Positions 35,679 through 44,479 of a stretch of DNA of 64,000 bases are shown here, one piece after another. How positions within the stretch are numbered: the first letter of the stretch is position 1; each line of letters opens with the position of its first letter. The DNA lies in sequence record NC_061443.1. One strand, written 5' to 3'. A model generated the notes under the pieces. That model saw only the letters and a list, made by a program, of their open reading frames with translations, had not been told where the DNA came from and ran no database searches. The translations under genes were made by a program, and so were the position numbers.

Positions 35679-36239
35679 ATGAAAATGAAAAAAGAATTGA
35701 ATCATGAAGGCTACTGGTACAGCACTTACGAAAAACATCTGCCTCAGCCTCTTGCGCGTGTTCGTCCATTCAAAGGTAAAGCGGAGTTTCTTGCTGCGCT
35801 TGAAGCTGTAGAGTCTAAGGCCCAGAAACGCCAGTACAAAGGCTTCTCTACTTGTCGTATTTGTGACTGTGCAAACGGTAGTGCTGACTATAACTACAAA
35901 GACTGGCAGTGGCCGTCGGGTTATTCTCACTACATCAAAAAGCATAACGTACAGCCTTCGAAAGAGTTCCATGAGTTTATCCTGGAGTGTGCTGAGACAC
36001 TGCTGGGACCGACGAACAAAACAGTTGAGCCTGCGGTGACCAAGCGCGAGCTGCGCCAGCTAATGGGCGTTGTTATGGAGTATACAGGCTCCGAGAAGCA
36101 TCGACTATATGCAATGCTGACCGTGAAGAAGTTGCAGCGTCAACTTAACGGTCAGAAGATTCCAGCCTCTATCGCTGCCTTAACTGTGAAAGCAACGGAA
36201 GACGAACTTAATAAAGCGCTCAAGCGTCTGGGAGACTGA
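35679..36239 (+). CDS. hypothetical protein with probable metal-binding motif
   Basis: YKGFSTCRICDCANG...WPSGYSHYIKKH. Confidence 0.75.
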   Translation: MKMKKELNHEGYWYSTYEKHLPQPLARVRPFKGKAEFLAALEAVESKAQKRQYKGFSTCRICDCANGSADYNYKDWQWPSGYSHYIKKHNVQPSKEFHEFILECAETLLGPTNKTVEPAVTKRELRQLMGVVMEYTGSEKHRLYAMLTVKKLQRQLNGQKIPASIAALTVKATEDELNKALKRLGD

Positions 36240-36240
36240 C

Positions 36241-36603
36241 ATGAAAGAACGTCGTAACTATTACTATGACAGTCCGTTCTATTACGGTCTGATCACTTGG
36301 CGCAAACGCCTGTTCATCGTCGTGGCCTTCTTTGTCTTCATCGTAATGTTCCATGCAGACAAGCCGCACGTATCAAACCATCAGTGGGTGTGGACAGCAA
36401 TCATCTTTGGCTTGTTGTTCGCTCTCTGTTATATCAAGCTGCGTGTGTACGAAACGTATTTGCTTGAAGCGATGGGTCCGCTGGACAACAACACCATTAT
36501 TGGTAGTTTGTCGTTTGATCGTCTTGAACGTCAGCATGAAGTCTGGTACGAAAAGAAGTTTGGTCACAAGCCACCTAAGACTAACACATGGAGCATCGAC
36601 TAA
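36241..36603 (+). CDS. membrane protein (2 TM)
   Basis: two hydrophobic segments. Confidence 0.7.
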   Translation: MKERRNYYYDSPFYYGLITWRKRLFIVVAFFVFIVMFHADKPHVSNHQWVWTAIIFGLLFALCYIKLRVYETYLLEAMGPLDNNTIIGSLSFDRLERQHEVWYEKKFGHKPPKTNTWSID

Positions 36604-36980
36604 TGGCACTCATGTTTACTGAACGGCATCGCAAGCAGTTCGGCCGCGATAGCAGTGACCCGCAGTATCATGGCGATGCGTGTGAAGCTGTGTACAATCA
36701 TGGCATGGAATTGCTGCGTGAGCATAAGCGCCTGATGTTGATCATTGGTGCAAAGCGTAGAACGCGCATGGGAAGTAAAGCACCTCTGACCAAACGTTCA
36801 CGCAAGCAGTGGATTGAAGACAAGTCACTGGCGAACGAAGACACACGACCAATCGCTATGTTGATTGCTCGATTCAAAGAAGTGTCTGTGCTGTTAAAGC
36901 TGGCCCGTATGAATTACACCGACCTGCACACTTTGCGTCACGGCATTCGTCGTCCAAGCTACTTCCACTGGAGAGACTAA
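36603..36980 (+). CDS. hypothetical protein
   Basis: TAATG overlap. Confidence 0.7.
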   Translation: MALMFTERHRKQFGRDSSDPQYHGDACEAVYNHGMELLREHKRLMLIIGAKRRTRMGSKAPLTKRSRKQWIEDKSLANEDTRPIAMLIARFKEVSVLLKLARMNYTDLHTLRHGIRRPSYFHWRD

Positions 36981-36981
36981 C

Positions 36982-37557
36982 ATGGAAAAGAAATTCTGCA
37001 AACTGGCGCACATTGGCGCTGATGTGATCATGCCAGCTATCCTGTACGCACTGAATAGAAAGATGCAGGCAGGCATTCAAGTAGATCTGGCCGAAGCGTA
37101 CACCTTGCTTAACGATACTCAAGCCGTGTATCTCACTATCGCAAGCGGGCAGCCAGATCGTTACTACACGCAACTTGAGCCTACCATTCGAGCGCTCCTT
37201 GTGAAGTATGAGATACAGTGGGCGCTTGACCGTGATGCGTTGGCGAAATACTGTCAATCGTATATGAAGCGTAAAGGTTTCACTCACGTTGAAGACGATG
37301 TGTATTCATATCCAGAAGTTGTCGCGTATAACAATTACGACCGCGTGTTCATACGTGCTCTGATTGGTACGCCTGAATACAACCCACTGGAAGCTGCTAT
37401 CCAAGACGAGATGGACGTCGCGGCTGAGATGGACGTGATTGATAAGAAACTCGACCGCATAGAGGAAGGCTGCTGCTCTGAGTGCGGCACAAAACTCGAT
37501 CCCGATATTGATGGTCCGTTCATGTGCTTGGCATGTGACGAGGACGATGGAGAATAA
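36982..37557 (+). CDS. hypothetical protein with C-terminal Zn ribbon
   Basis: CSECG...MCLAC. Confidence 0.75.
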   Translation: MEKKFCKLAHIGADVIMPAILYALNRKMQAGIQVDLAEAYTLLNDTQAVYLTIASGQPDRYYTQLEPTIRALLVKYEIQWALDRDALAKYCQSYMKRKGFTHVEDDVYSYPEVVAYNNYDRVFIRALIGTPEYNPLEAAIQDEMDVAAEMDVIDKKLDRIEEGCCSECGTKLDPDIDGPFMCLACDEDDGE

Positions 37558-37559
37558 AA

Positions 37560-37823
37560 ATGGCTGTAGGCTTCGTAAAAGATGATGGCGTTAACGACAC
37601 CATCGAAGCTAACCTGAACAACGAGATTGACCGCGCCCGTGCAGAGCTGTTGGGTAAGGGCACTACGCATTGCGTTAACCCTGATTGCGGTGCAGAGATT
37701 CCTCTCATGCGCCGTGTAGCTATGCCGAATGCACGTTACTGTGTTACCTGTCAATCAAGCCACGATGGTTCGGCTGTTAGCCACTATAATCGTCGTGGTT
37801 CAAAAGATTCTCAACTGAGGTAA
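37560..37823 (+). CDS. TraR/DksA C4-type zinc finger protein (YbiI-like)
   Basis: HCVNPDCGAEIPLMRRVAMPNARYCVTCQS; N-terminal helix with acidic D..E. Confidence 0.85.
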   Translation: MAVGFVKDDGVNDTIEANLNNEIDRARAELLGKGTTHCVNPDCGAEIPLMRRVAMPNARYCVTCQSSHDGSAVSHYNRRGSKDSQLR

Positions 37824-37827
37824 GATT

Positions 37828-38145
37828 ATGCTGCGTAAACTTTGGGTAGCAATGGGTTTCATGTTCCCTACTGTTAGGGATGCGCTGAATAGCGGCGCAC
37901 ACTGTACTCGCATTGGATATCGTAACTATTGTGTTCGAAGCTCTGGTGGTTTTGCCGAAGCCTTCTCTGACCACTTGATTCAGTATCGTGGAAGCTCAAT
38001 GTCTCTTGCACGGAATGAAGACAGGCACGAAGACGTGCTGAATAAAGCGCGCCATTTGGAATATCCGTGCGTCATCTATTTCAACGACAACACGTTCAAC
38101 TCTATTCCTGTAGAAGAACCTCATATAAGGTACCCTGCGCCATGA
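37828..38145 (+). CDS. hypothetical protein
   Basis: GAGGT RBS. Confidence 0.65.
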   Translation: MLRKLWVAMGFMFPTVRDALNSGAHCTRIGYRNYCVRSSGGFAEAFSDHLIQYRGSSMSLARNEDRHEDVLNKARHLEYPCVIYFNDNTFNSIPVEEPHIRYPAP

Positions 38146-38167
38146 AACCTAACTTAGGAGTGTGATC

Positions 38168-38404
38168 ATGACTGACGAAGAATATCAACGCTTCCTCCAG
38201 CGTATAGCTGAACGCGGTGCCTCGCGTATGACTCCAGAAGAGATGGAGAGTCTGCACTTCAAAGCAAGGGTCGGTCAGACGCAGCGCCCTATGCCTGATT
38301 CTCACACTATGCCTGACCCGAAATTCGATACGCACAAGATTGACCCGAGCACTGATATGATTGTCGGGGATATCAAACACCACTTTCCGCCGAAAGGTAA
38401 TTGA
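38168..38404 (+). CDS. hypothetical protein
   Basis: AGGAG RBS. Confidence 0.65.
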   Translation: MTDEEYQRFLQRIAERGASRMTPEEMESLHFKARVGQTQRPMPDSHTMPDPKFDTHKIDPSTDMIVGDIKHHFPPKGN

Positions 38405-38405
38405 A

Positions 38406-38534
38406 ATGTCAGAACCGTATTCTAAATGTGAAGACTGCCGTACACCTCTGAACGAGGGTGAAGTGTATGGTGAGTGGGATGACCTGTGTGAGAACTGTTG
38501 CGCTGATCGTGAGGACGAAGGAGAGTCAACGTGA
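38406..38534 (+). CDS. 42-aa Zn-ribbon microprotein (not in the ORF track)
   Basis: MSEPYSKCEDCRTPLNEGEVYGEWDDLCENCCADREDEGEST*; AAGGT RBS, GTGA overlap with next gene. Confidence 0.65.
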   Translation: MSEPYSKCEDCRTPLNEGEVYGEWDDLCENCCADREDEGEST

Positions 38535-38866
38535 AGAAGGTAACTAATGCTGTAAATGCAGTGCATGGTAAGCGTGTCATCCCAATCTTCTTCGACGACA
38601 AAGCCACGCCGTATATCGGTAAAGCATTCTGGGACAGCCTGTGCTTGCGTGACGACCTGTTCAAAGAACCTGAAACGCAACAGGTCTTGCATGAAGATGA
38701 ACGCGTGAACAGAACCGAGTTCGTCCGCGTGTCTACTTTCCCTGATGTGATCAGCGCACTGCACCACTGCCGCAACTACATCCGTTACTTTGAGTATATC
38801 AGTGACGAAGACATTGACGACCTGAGTGAAGCTCTTAGCCACTGGGTAAAAGAGGAAGCATCCTAA
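38531..38866 (+). CDS. hypothetical protein
   Basis: AAGGAG RBS, GTG start. Confidence 0.7.
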   Translation: MKKVTNAVNAVHGKRVIPIFFDDKATPYIGKAFWDSLCLRDDLFKEPETQQVLHEDERVNRTEFVRVSTFPDVISALHHCRNYIRYFEYISDEDIDDLSEALSHWVKEEAS

Positions 38867-39585
38867 TGGAACACGAAAAGCATTTAGAAGCAATCAAGCA
38901 AATCACCGTCAACCAGATTCAATCGTTCAGCTACGTGGCCGCAATCATTCACACGCAGGCCGGTAGTCAACCCGAAGTTCTGTCAGAAGTATGGCAGCGT
39001 CATATGTGTGCTACGCTCGGTCTGACTTATGAACACTGGACGTATTACAATGAGCTGGCTAACTACATGGAACTGGGTATGGTTCCTTACATGCCTGTGC
39101 TGCAAGTTGCCGTCACTGCATTCGTTGGTGCAGACGTTCGTGAGACACTGGCCCGCTTCTCGCATCTCGATAAAGAGCTGGTAGTGTCTGCATATGAAGT
39201 AGGTAACGAGTGGTTGCTGGACAATCATCGTCTAATCTGCACCTGTCGTGCAATCGACGCGCTGATCAGTCTGTACTCTACGCACAAGCTGGAGATAGAC
39301 GAACAGGAAGAGAGTCGCTGCATCGCCTACCCTGGGATGCCGAACATGCCGCATCAGTTTGTTGAGATGTACAAACTGATCGAAGAAGCGCGTATGAGTG
39401 TAGACGGTCACTGGCGCTCACCTCTGCGTTACTTCCATTCCAGAGAACGTGACTATCTCTGGAACTATCCGCCGAACATGTCCAGTATGCAGAACGTGAT
39501 CATTCAGACAGACGCAGGTACTATCTATCTGACTGGTGCACCTAAACGCGGCGATACTAACGCTAACCACCTGCGTTCTGTGTGA
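38866..39585 (+). CDS. hypothetical protein
   Basis: TAATG overlap. Confidence 0.75.
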   Translation: MEHEKHLEAIKQITVNQIQSFSYVAAIIHTQAGSQPEVLSEVWQRHMCATLGLTYEHWTYYNELANYMELGMVPYMPVLQVAVTAFVGADVRETLARFSHLDKELVVSAYEVGNEWLLDNHRLICTCRAIDALISLYSTHKLEIDEQEESRCIAYPGMPNMPHQFVEMYKLIEEARMSVDGHWRSPLRYFHSRERDYLWNYPPNMSSMQNVIIQTDAGTIYLTGAPKRGDTNANHLRSV

Positions 39586-39586
39586 A

Positions 39587-39595
39587 CTGTAAACC
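39587..39595 (+). promoter_or_regulatory. CTGTAAACC variant box
   Basis: intergenic, 40 nt before ATG 39627. Confidence 0.5.
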
Positions 39596-39626
39596 TATAA
39601 CATCAACCTGATTGAGGTATTGAGAC

Positions 39627-39995
39627 ATGATTAAGAAAGTGACAGCGTTCATCGCTAAAGATGAAATGACCGTAGAGCAAATGGCAGAGAAACTCAACCT
39701 GTCCAATTACAATGCGATTCATCGTGGTGGCTACACGGTAGTTTGTGGTACTGATGGTCAAGGTGATCGTATCAGCTTGGTTTGCGGTCCGTACGTGTTG
39801 CAGCAAAGTCTTTGGGGAGTTCAGAAGATGCTGGATGCAGGGTTCAGTGAGACTGACGCGCTGCTTGCTCTCGGCCTGACTCGTCATGCTTACACCGCCC
39901 TCAAGAAGAAAGAGCGTGAACAAAAGAAAGCTGCTGAGCAAGCCGCTAAACAACAACCACGACGTGGTTCTGCCTTATCTCTTGATGACCTCTAA
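39627..39995 (+). CDS. hypothetical protein
   Basis: GAGGT RBS. Confidence 0.75.
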   Translation: MIKKVTAFIAKDEMTVEQMAEKLNLSNYNAIHRGGYTVVCGTDGQGDRISLVCGPYVLQQSLWGVQKMLDAGFSETDALLALGLTRHAYTALKKKEREQKKAAEQAAKQQPRRGSALSLDDL

Positions 39996-40005
39996 GGAAA
40001 CAGCA

Positions 40006-40515
40006 ATGAAACAGTTATTCGTAGGTAGCCATCCAAACGTTGTTAAGTTCTCTGACCTTGACGGACGTGATCGCGTCTGTGAGATTCGTGTTATGATCGC
40101 TGCGGCGTACACTGTGTTGCGCGATGCTATCGGCGAGCAAGCTAAGATCGAAAGCAATACCTTCCACGGTCCGTGGCTTGTGTTCCGTAATCTCATGAAT
40201 GAACACCCTGCTGCCTGTCTTGAGGAGTATCGCCACGCTTCGATTTATTTCGACGCTGACACAGAAGGCAAGATCACTGAAATCTGCGAACTGATTGAAC
40301 AGCACATCGAACTGACCAGAGAGTCACTCGACTTGCGCGGTACGTATAAACATCAGGCTGATGCTATGATCGGTATCGCAAGCACCGCTGGTAAAATGGA
40401 AACGACCGTATTGCAGGGAGCTGGCAAGACACGCGGCTCTGACCCAAGCCAGAACTTCGATTTTGATATCGGCGATGACCCGGCGGCTGGCGATGAAAAC
40501 TATGCGTTTCGTTAA
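40006..40515 (+). CDS. hypothetical protein
   Basis: AAGGA RBS before ATG 40006. Confidence 0.75.
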   Translation: MKQLFVGSHPNVVKFSDLDGRDRVCEIRVMIAAAYTVLRDAIGEQAKIESNTFHGPWLVFRNLMNEHPAACLEEYRHASIYFDADTEGKITEICELIEQHIELTRESLDLRGTYKHQADAMIGIASTAGKMETTVLQGAGKTRGSDPSQNFDFDIGDDPAAGDENYAFR

Positions 40516-40699
40516 ACTCTACTGGCGTGAGGCGATGATACTGACTGTGTTGGTCGTCATCGCTTTCGCTCTCCCTTTCTTCGAAGTACGCAACCCGACG
40601 TTGGTAATGCTTGTCGCTGTTATCGTCGCTGCGTATTTTATTGCTACTTGGGCATGTAAGCCTGTATATGGATCAGACGACGATGAAAAAGAAAAATGA
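40493..40699 (+). CDS. small membrane protein (2 TM)
   Basis: two hydrophobic helices. Confidence 0.6.
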   Translation: MKTMRFVKLYWREAMILTVLVVIAFALPFFEVRNPTLVMLVAVIVAAYFIATWACKPVYGSDDDEKEK

Positions 40700-41237
40700 A
40701 ATCAAATTGAGCGATGCCGATATTTCGACAGGTATCGTCTGCATTAATGAAGCTCTGGCGAAACATGGCTTGTCCTGTGCATTAGGTGATGTGGGATACG
40801 AAACTGTGTACACTGACGACCACGGTGAAACACAGGGTGGTTGGTATGCAGAGTTTGATAAGAAGTCCCGTGAGAAGCTGCGGGAATCTAAACAAGTGTC
40901 ATGGCGCAACACGGGTATGTTGAGCGGTGATACGATTGACAGCATCCTGCGCACAATCGCAAGTCTCAAGTTCCGCAATCACGCTAAAGAGCCTACGCCG
41001 TTGCAGTTGAAAAAGGCTGAGACAGCTCTGAGCAAAGAAGAAGCTACTAAGAAAGCGCTGGACGTCTATAACTCGGCACTTCCTCTGTCTGACGCGGATC
41101 TAAAGCTGTGTATCGATCACTTCCGTACGCTGGAGAAGATGATTCGAATCGACCCTATGTTGAAGCTCGCACAGCCTTACGTTGTGAACAATCTATATCA
41201 ACTCGAAAACTATTTACACGCACGTAAGTGTAAGTAA
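40683..41237 (+). CDS. hypothetical protein
   Basis: ORF in operon. Confidence 0.7.
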   Translation: MKKKNEIKLSDADISTGIVCINEALAKHGLSCALGDVGYETVYTDDHGETQGGWYAEFDKKSREKLRESKQVSWRNTGMLSGDTIDSILRTIASLKFRNHAKEPTPLQLKKAETALSKEEATKKALDVYNSALPLSDADLKLCIDHFRTLEKMIRIDPMLKLAQPYVVNNLYQLENYLHARKCK

Positions 41238-41240
41238 ACA

Positions 41241-41270
41241 ATAGGGAGGTCCTTAACGGGATCTCCCTAT
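41241..41270 (+). terminator. hairpin / intrinsic terminator
   Basis: ATAGGGAGGTCC-TTAACG-GGATCTCCCTAT. Confidence 0.6.
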
Positions 41271-41291
41271 GTCATTTCTGGAGTAAATTTT

Positions 41292-42272
41292 ATGCGATTC
41301 GGATTCGCCTGCAAACTGATTGAACCGAACGGTAAGCAGCCCTACACAAATAAGAGCCTGAGCTATAAGCACTTCTCTGCGTTGTCTGCGCCTGACCAGC
41401 ACGGTAAACTCTTGGACGTTGTTACGCACAATCTGACTTCATTGCTCAACATGATAAAGCACGTTGGCAGACTGCGTACCGATATGCGTATGTTCCGAAT
41501 CACAAGTGAGTTGCTTCCACTGTATACTCACCCTAAGGTGTTTCACATGTACCTACGCCACGATATCGCGGCACTGGTTGAATCGTTACTTGCCTTATGT
41601 GGTGCAGAGGCTCGACGACGTGATGTGCGACTTTCGTTTCACCCAGGACAATTCACGGTGCTCGCATCTGATCGACCTGACGTTGTTCAGAACTCGATTG
41701 CCGAACTTGAGTACCATGCGTACTGCGCCTATCACATGGGATATGGCAGACGCTTTCAAGACTTCAAGATCAACATTCACCTGAGTGGTAGACTCGGTGC
41801 TACGGGATTTAGAACAGCCTTTAGCAAACTCTCTGACCGCTGCCGTTTGATGCTGACCGTGGAGAATGATGAAATCACTTCGAGCGTCGAGGACTGCTTA
41901 ACGTTATCCGACATATGCCCTATAGTGTTGGACATTCATCACCACTGGGTAATGACTAACGAATACATACGACCAGAAGATGATCGTGTCCAGAGAGTTA
42001 TAGACTCTTGGAGAGGCGTTCGACCTGTCGCGCATTACTCTGTGTCTCGACCTGAGTTCGTTAAGTCTCGTGGACTGCCTGATCAAAACAAGCTGTCTGC
42101 TAATCGTATGCAGTTACGAGCACACTCTGATTACTATCACAATGAAGACGTAAACGAGTGGGCGCTTTCGTTCACTGCTTTTGACCTAATGTGCGAGTCA
42201 AAAGCGAAGAATCTAGCTAGATCGAAATTGGCATGTTTTAGCCTCAACTCTGCAAATAACTGGACAAAATAA
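41292..42272 (+). CDS. uvsE: UV damage endonuclease UvsE/UvdE
   Basis: RFGFAC, MFRITSELLP, RLSFHPGQFTVL.S, INIH, LTVENDE, VLDIHHH, HSDY, DLMCESKAKNLA. Confidence 0.92.
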   Translation: MRFGFACKLIEPNGKQPYTNKSLSYKHFSALSAPDQHGKLLDVVTHNLTSLLNMIKHVGRLRTDMRMFRITSELLPLYTHPKVFHMYLRHDIAALVESLLALCGAEARRRDVRLSFHPGQFTVLASDRPDVVQNSIAELEYHAYCAYHMGYGRRFQDFKINIHLSGRLGATGFRTAFSKLSDRCRLMLTVENDEITSSVEDCLTLSDICPIVLDIHHHWVMTNEYIRPEDDRVQRVIDSWRGVRPVAHYSVSRPEFVKSRGLPDQNKLSANRMQLRAHSDYYHNEDVNEWALSFTAFDLMCESKAKNLARSKLACFSLNSANNWTK

Positions 42273-42305
42273 GGCTTGTTTCTGTAGGTAGCCCTGTGAT
42301 ACACT
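42250..42305 (+). promoter_or_regulatory. early promoter module 6
   Basis: CTGCAAATAACTGGACAAAATAAG box, TTGTTT -35, TG-A-TACACT at 42300. Confidence 0.8.
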
Positions 42306-42356
42306 AGATATGAGCAATATCGCTCGCTTATAACTAGACTGACTGAGGAAATCGCA

Positions 42357-42650
42357 ATGTTCACAACTACCCTCTCAACACGGAAGCCTGCTATCAACAT
42401 GTCCTATTCGAACGGCAACGCATATGCACCACGCAATCGTATCTCGTGTGTTTGGCCTGGCGCTTTGGACGTTCCTGCTCCAATCAAACGCTGGTGCCGT
42501 GCCCATGAAATCATTATTGACCTCGACGCCTACATGCGCGTTCGTTTTCGTGGTCGTCGTCCTGACATTCTGCTTTTGATTGCAGAACAGATCGCGCCGA
42601 ACAATCCTGACCTTGCCGGTCGAATCTTTGCAACTATCACTGAGGCTTAA
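42357..42650 (+). CDS. hypothetical protein
   Basis: GAGGA RBS. Confidence 0.7.
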   Translation: MFTTTLSTRKPAINMSYSNGNAYAPRNRISCVWPGALDVPAPIKRWCRAHEIIIDLDAYMRVRFRGRRPDILLLIAEQIAPNNPDLAGRIFATITEA

Positions 42651-42651
42651 A

Positions 42652-42915
42652 ATGAAAGTTCAATCTATGGAAGCTGTATATGGTGCTCAATACACCAACT
42701 CTCCTATGACGGAGAAACGCGGCTTTCGTTCTATCGAATCGCAGTATGTCGATGGAACGGAGGTTAGATTACAACGGCTATCGCATGATATACATGAACG
42801 TGTGATTGTGGGCTATGACCGTCTTGGTCGTGCTGTGTACGGGACATTCGTACCGCAAACAACGTTCGAAGTGCGTGACAGCAAGGAAAGCGAACCGAAT
42901 AAGACGGCGCCCTAG
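42652..42915 (+). CDS. hypothetical protein
   Basis: GAGG RBS before ATG 42652. Confidence 0.65.
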   Translation: MKVQSMEAVYGAQYTNSPMTEKRGFRSIESQYVDGTEVRLQRLSHDIHERVIVGYDRLGRAVYGTFVPQTTFEVRDSKESEPNKTAP

Positions 42916-42986
42916 CAAGCTCACAACCAGAAGCCATAGAATAACAATACCAATTCATGCGCTTACCTATCGTGGGGTGTCTTAAA

Positions 42987-43364
42987 ATGATCGTTATATG
43001 TAATAGCTCGAAAGAATTTTCAGCCGACCGTTTGGCTCATGGTGACGCTTTTGTTTTTGGGAAGACACGCATGTTGTTACGTGCTGACTTCATCGTCCTG
43101 ACCGACAAGAACAATAACGTTTTCGTAGTACGCAAATCTGATGTTGTTTGGTCTCCCGAGCTTACGGGCGCAACGCATGTGATTAAAATCCGGGCGTATG
43201 CCCAGGTTAAGCCGTTTGAACTCAACGCAGCATGTCCTCAGTTTAACAGTCGTGTGTTTGGGACAATCGCGTTCCGTAACCCACACTTCGAGCACCGTCT
43301 TGGTAGCTTGAAATATACAGAGACAATCTTCGGAGGTTTACATGGCACGGTATCATGTGTTTAG
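42987..43364 (+). CDS. hypothetical protein
   Basis: ORF in operon; start uncertain. Confidence 0.6.
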   Translation: MIVICNSSKEFSADRLAHGDAFVFGKTRMLLRADFIVLTDKNNNVFVVRKSDVVWSPELTGATHVIKIRAYAQVKPFELNAACPQFNSRVFGTIAFRNPHFEHRLGSLKYTETIFGGLHGTVSCV

Positions 43365-43593
43365 TGCGACTCATAAATACTACGGCGAAGCATATGAAGG
43401 GACTTGGCTGAAAGAGGTAACTCTTAACGGTCATCAAGTCCTCAACGCAGAGTTCCCCAACTTCGAATCGGCAAAAGAGTGTGCCGACAAGTTGCATGAG
43501 GTTTGCGATATTGGGTGGATCGTGTATAACGCTTTCTCTGAACGCGCTATGTACGATACCCGTACTGAACAAGGCGAGTCTGTAAACAACTAA
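43342..43593 (+). CDS. hypothetical protein
   Basis: GGAGGT RBS. Confidence 0.7.
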   Translation: MARYHVFSATHKYYGEAYEGTWLKEVTLNGHQVLNAEFPNFESAKECADKLHEVCDIGWIVYNAFSERAMYDTRTEQGESVNN

Positions 43594-43611
43594 CAGGCCC
43601 GCCTGTAAATC
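43580..43611 (+). promoter_or_regulatory. tandem CTGTAAACA / CTGTAAATC boxes
   Basis: copies at 43580 and 43603, upstream of ATG 43665. Confidence 0.5.
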
Positions 43612-43664
43612 CCTAATCGTGATGCTTACGGGCTTCACACAAATACACAATACGAGGCTATAAA

Positions 43665-44174
43665 ATGAAATTCACTGCAATCGCTATCGCACTGGTTATG
43701 TCTGCTTCCGCTTCTGCTGCCAACTTCGTTGCACCTGCTCCTACCGCGGGCATGAAGTCTTCTGGTATGACTATCAGCGACAAGCTGGACGATAGCTGCC
43801 AGCAGAAACTTAGTCAGGCAATTGACCTGCGTCATTCTGTGATTGACTTCGCCGTGTCTAAAGATGCAATCGACACTGTGGCTGCTTGGCCGCTTGTGTG
43901 TTCTCCAACTGTCGAATCTGCCTCTGTCACTATCGAGCGTATCGGCAGTGACATTACGATCACCTACGTGAACAACGACAAGACGCTGGCGAATCTGAGC
44001 CTCGTATTGCAGCGTGTAGAGTCCACCACTGAGGACGACGCACCAGCGTATCAAATCGTTCAGATTGGTGACCTGAACGCTATGGGATATCAAGAGCAAA
44101 CTGATCTGAAAGAGTGGTTGCTCGATTGTTATGCCGCCACTGTCCAAGACAATCTGGCAATGGCGAAGAACTGA
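43665..44174 (+). CDS. secreted/periplasmic protein with Sec signal peptide
   Basis: MKFTAIAIALVMSASASA|A: basic N-terminus, hydrophobic core, A-x-A cleavage site. Confidence 0.75.
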   Translation: MKFTAIAIALVMSASASAANFVAPAPTAGMKSSGMTISDKLDDSCQQKLSQAIDLRHSVIDFAVSKDAIDTVAAWPLVCSPTVESASVTIERIGSDITITYVNNDKTLANLSLVLQRVESTTEDDAPAYQIVQIGDLNAMGYQEQTDLKEWLLDCYAATVQDNLAMAKN

Positions 44175-44479
44175 TGAAAGGAAAAAAGTTAAACGTATTC
44201 TTGCAGCAACGAACGGCAGTAAACAAAGTTGCGTCCAGCCCTGAAGATTGGGAGACGTATAAAGAAATGCTGCTAAACATACGTCTAGCTGTCGCGGTTG
44301 ACCCACGCCCGGATGCTGCTATTCGCCACTTGGCTCGTACTTGGTACGCTGAATCAAAGTACGCGCTCCCTGTTTGTCAGGCCACGCTTTTAAAACTAAT
44401 GACGTTGAAGAAAGCAAACCAGACGCTCGAAGAAATGATTGTTCTTTATATTGACTTAGAGGAAGGAACTGAAAAATGA
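44174..44479 (+). CDS. hypothetical protein
   Basis: TGATG overlap. Confidence 0.7.
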   Translation: MKGKKLNVFLQQRTAVNKVASSPEDWETYKEMLLNIRLAVAVDPRPDAAIRHLARTWYAESKYALPVCQATLLKLMTLKKANQTLEEMIVLYIDLEEGTEK

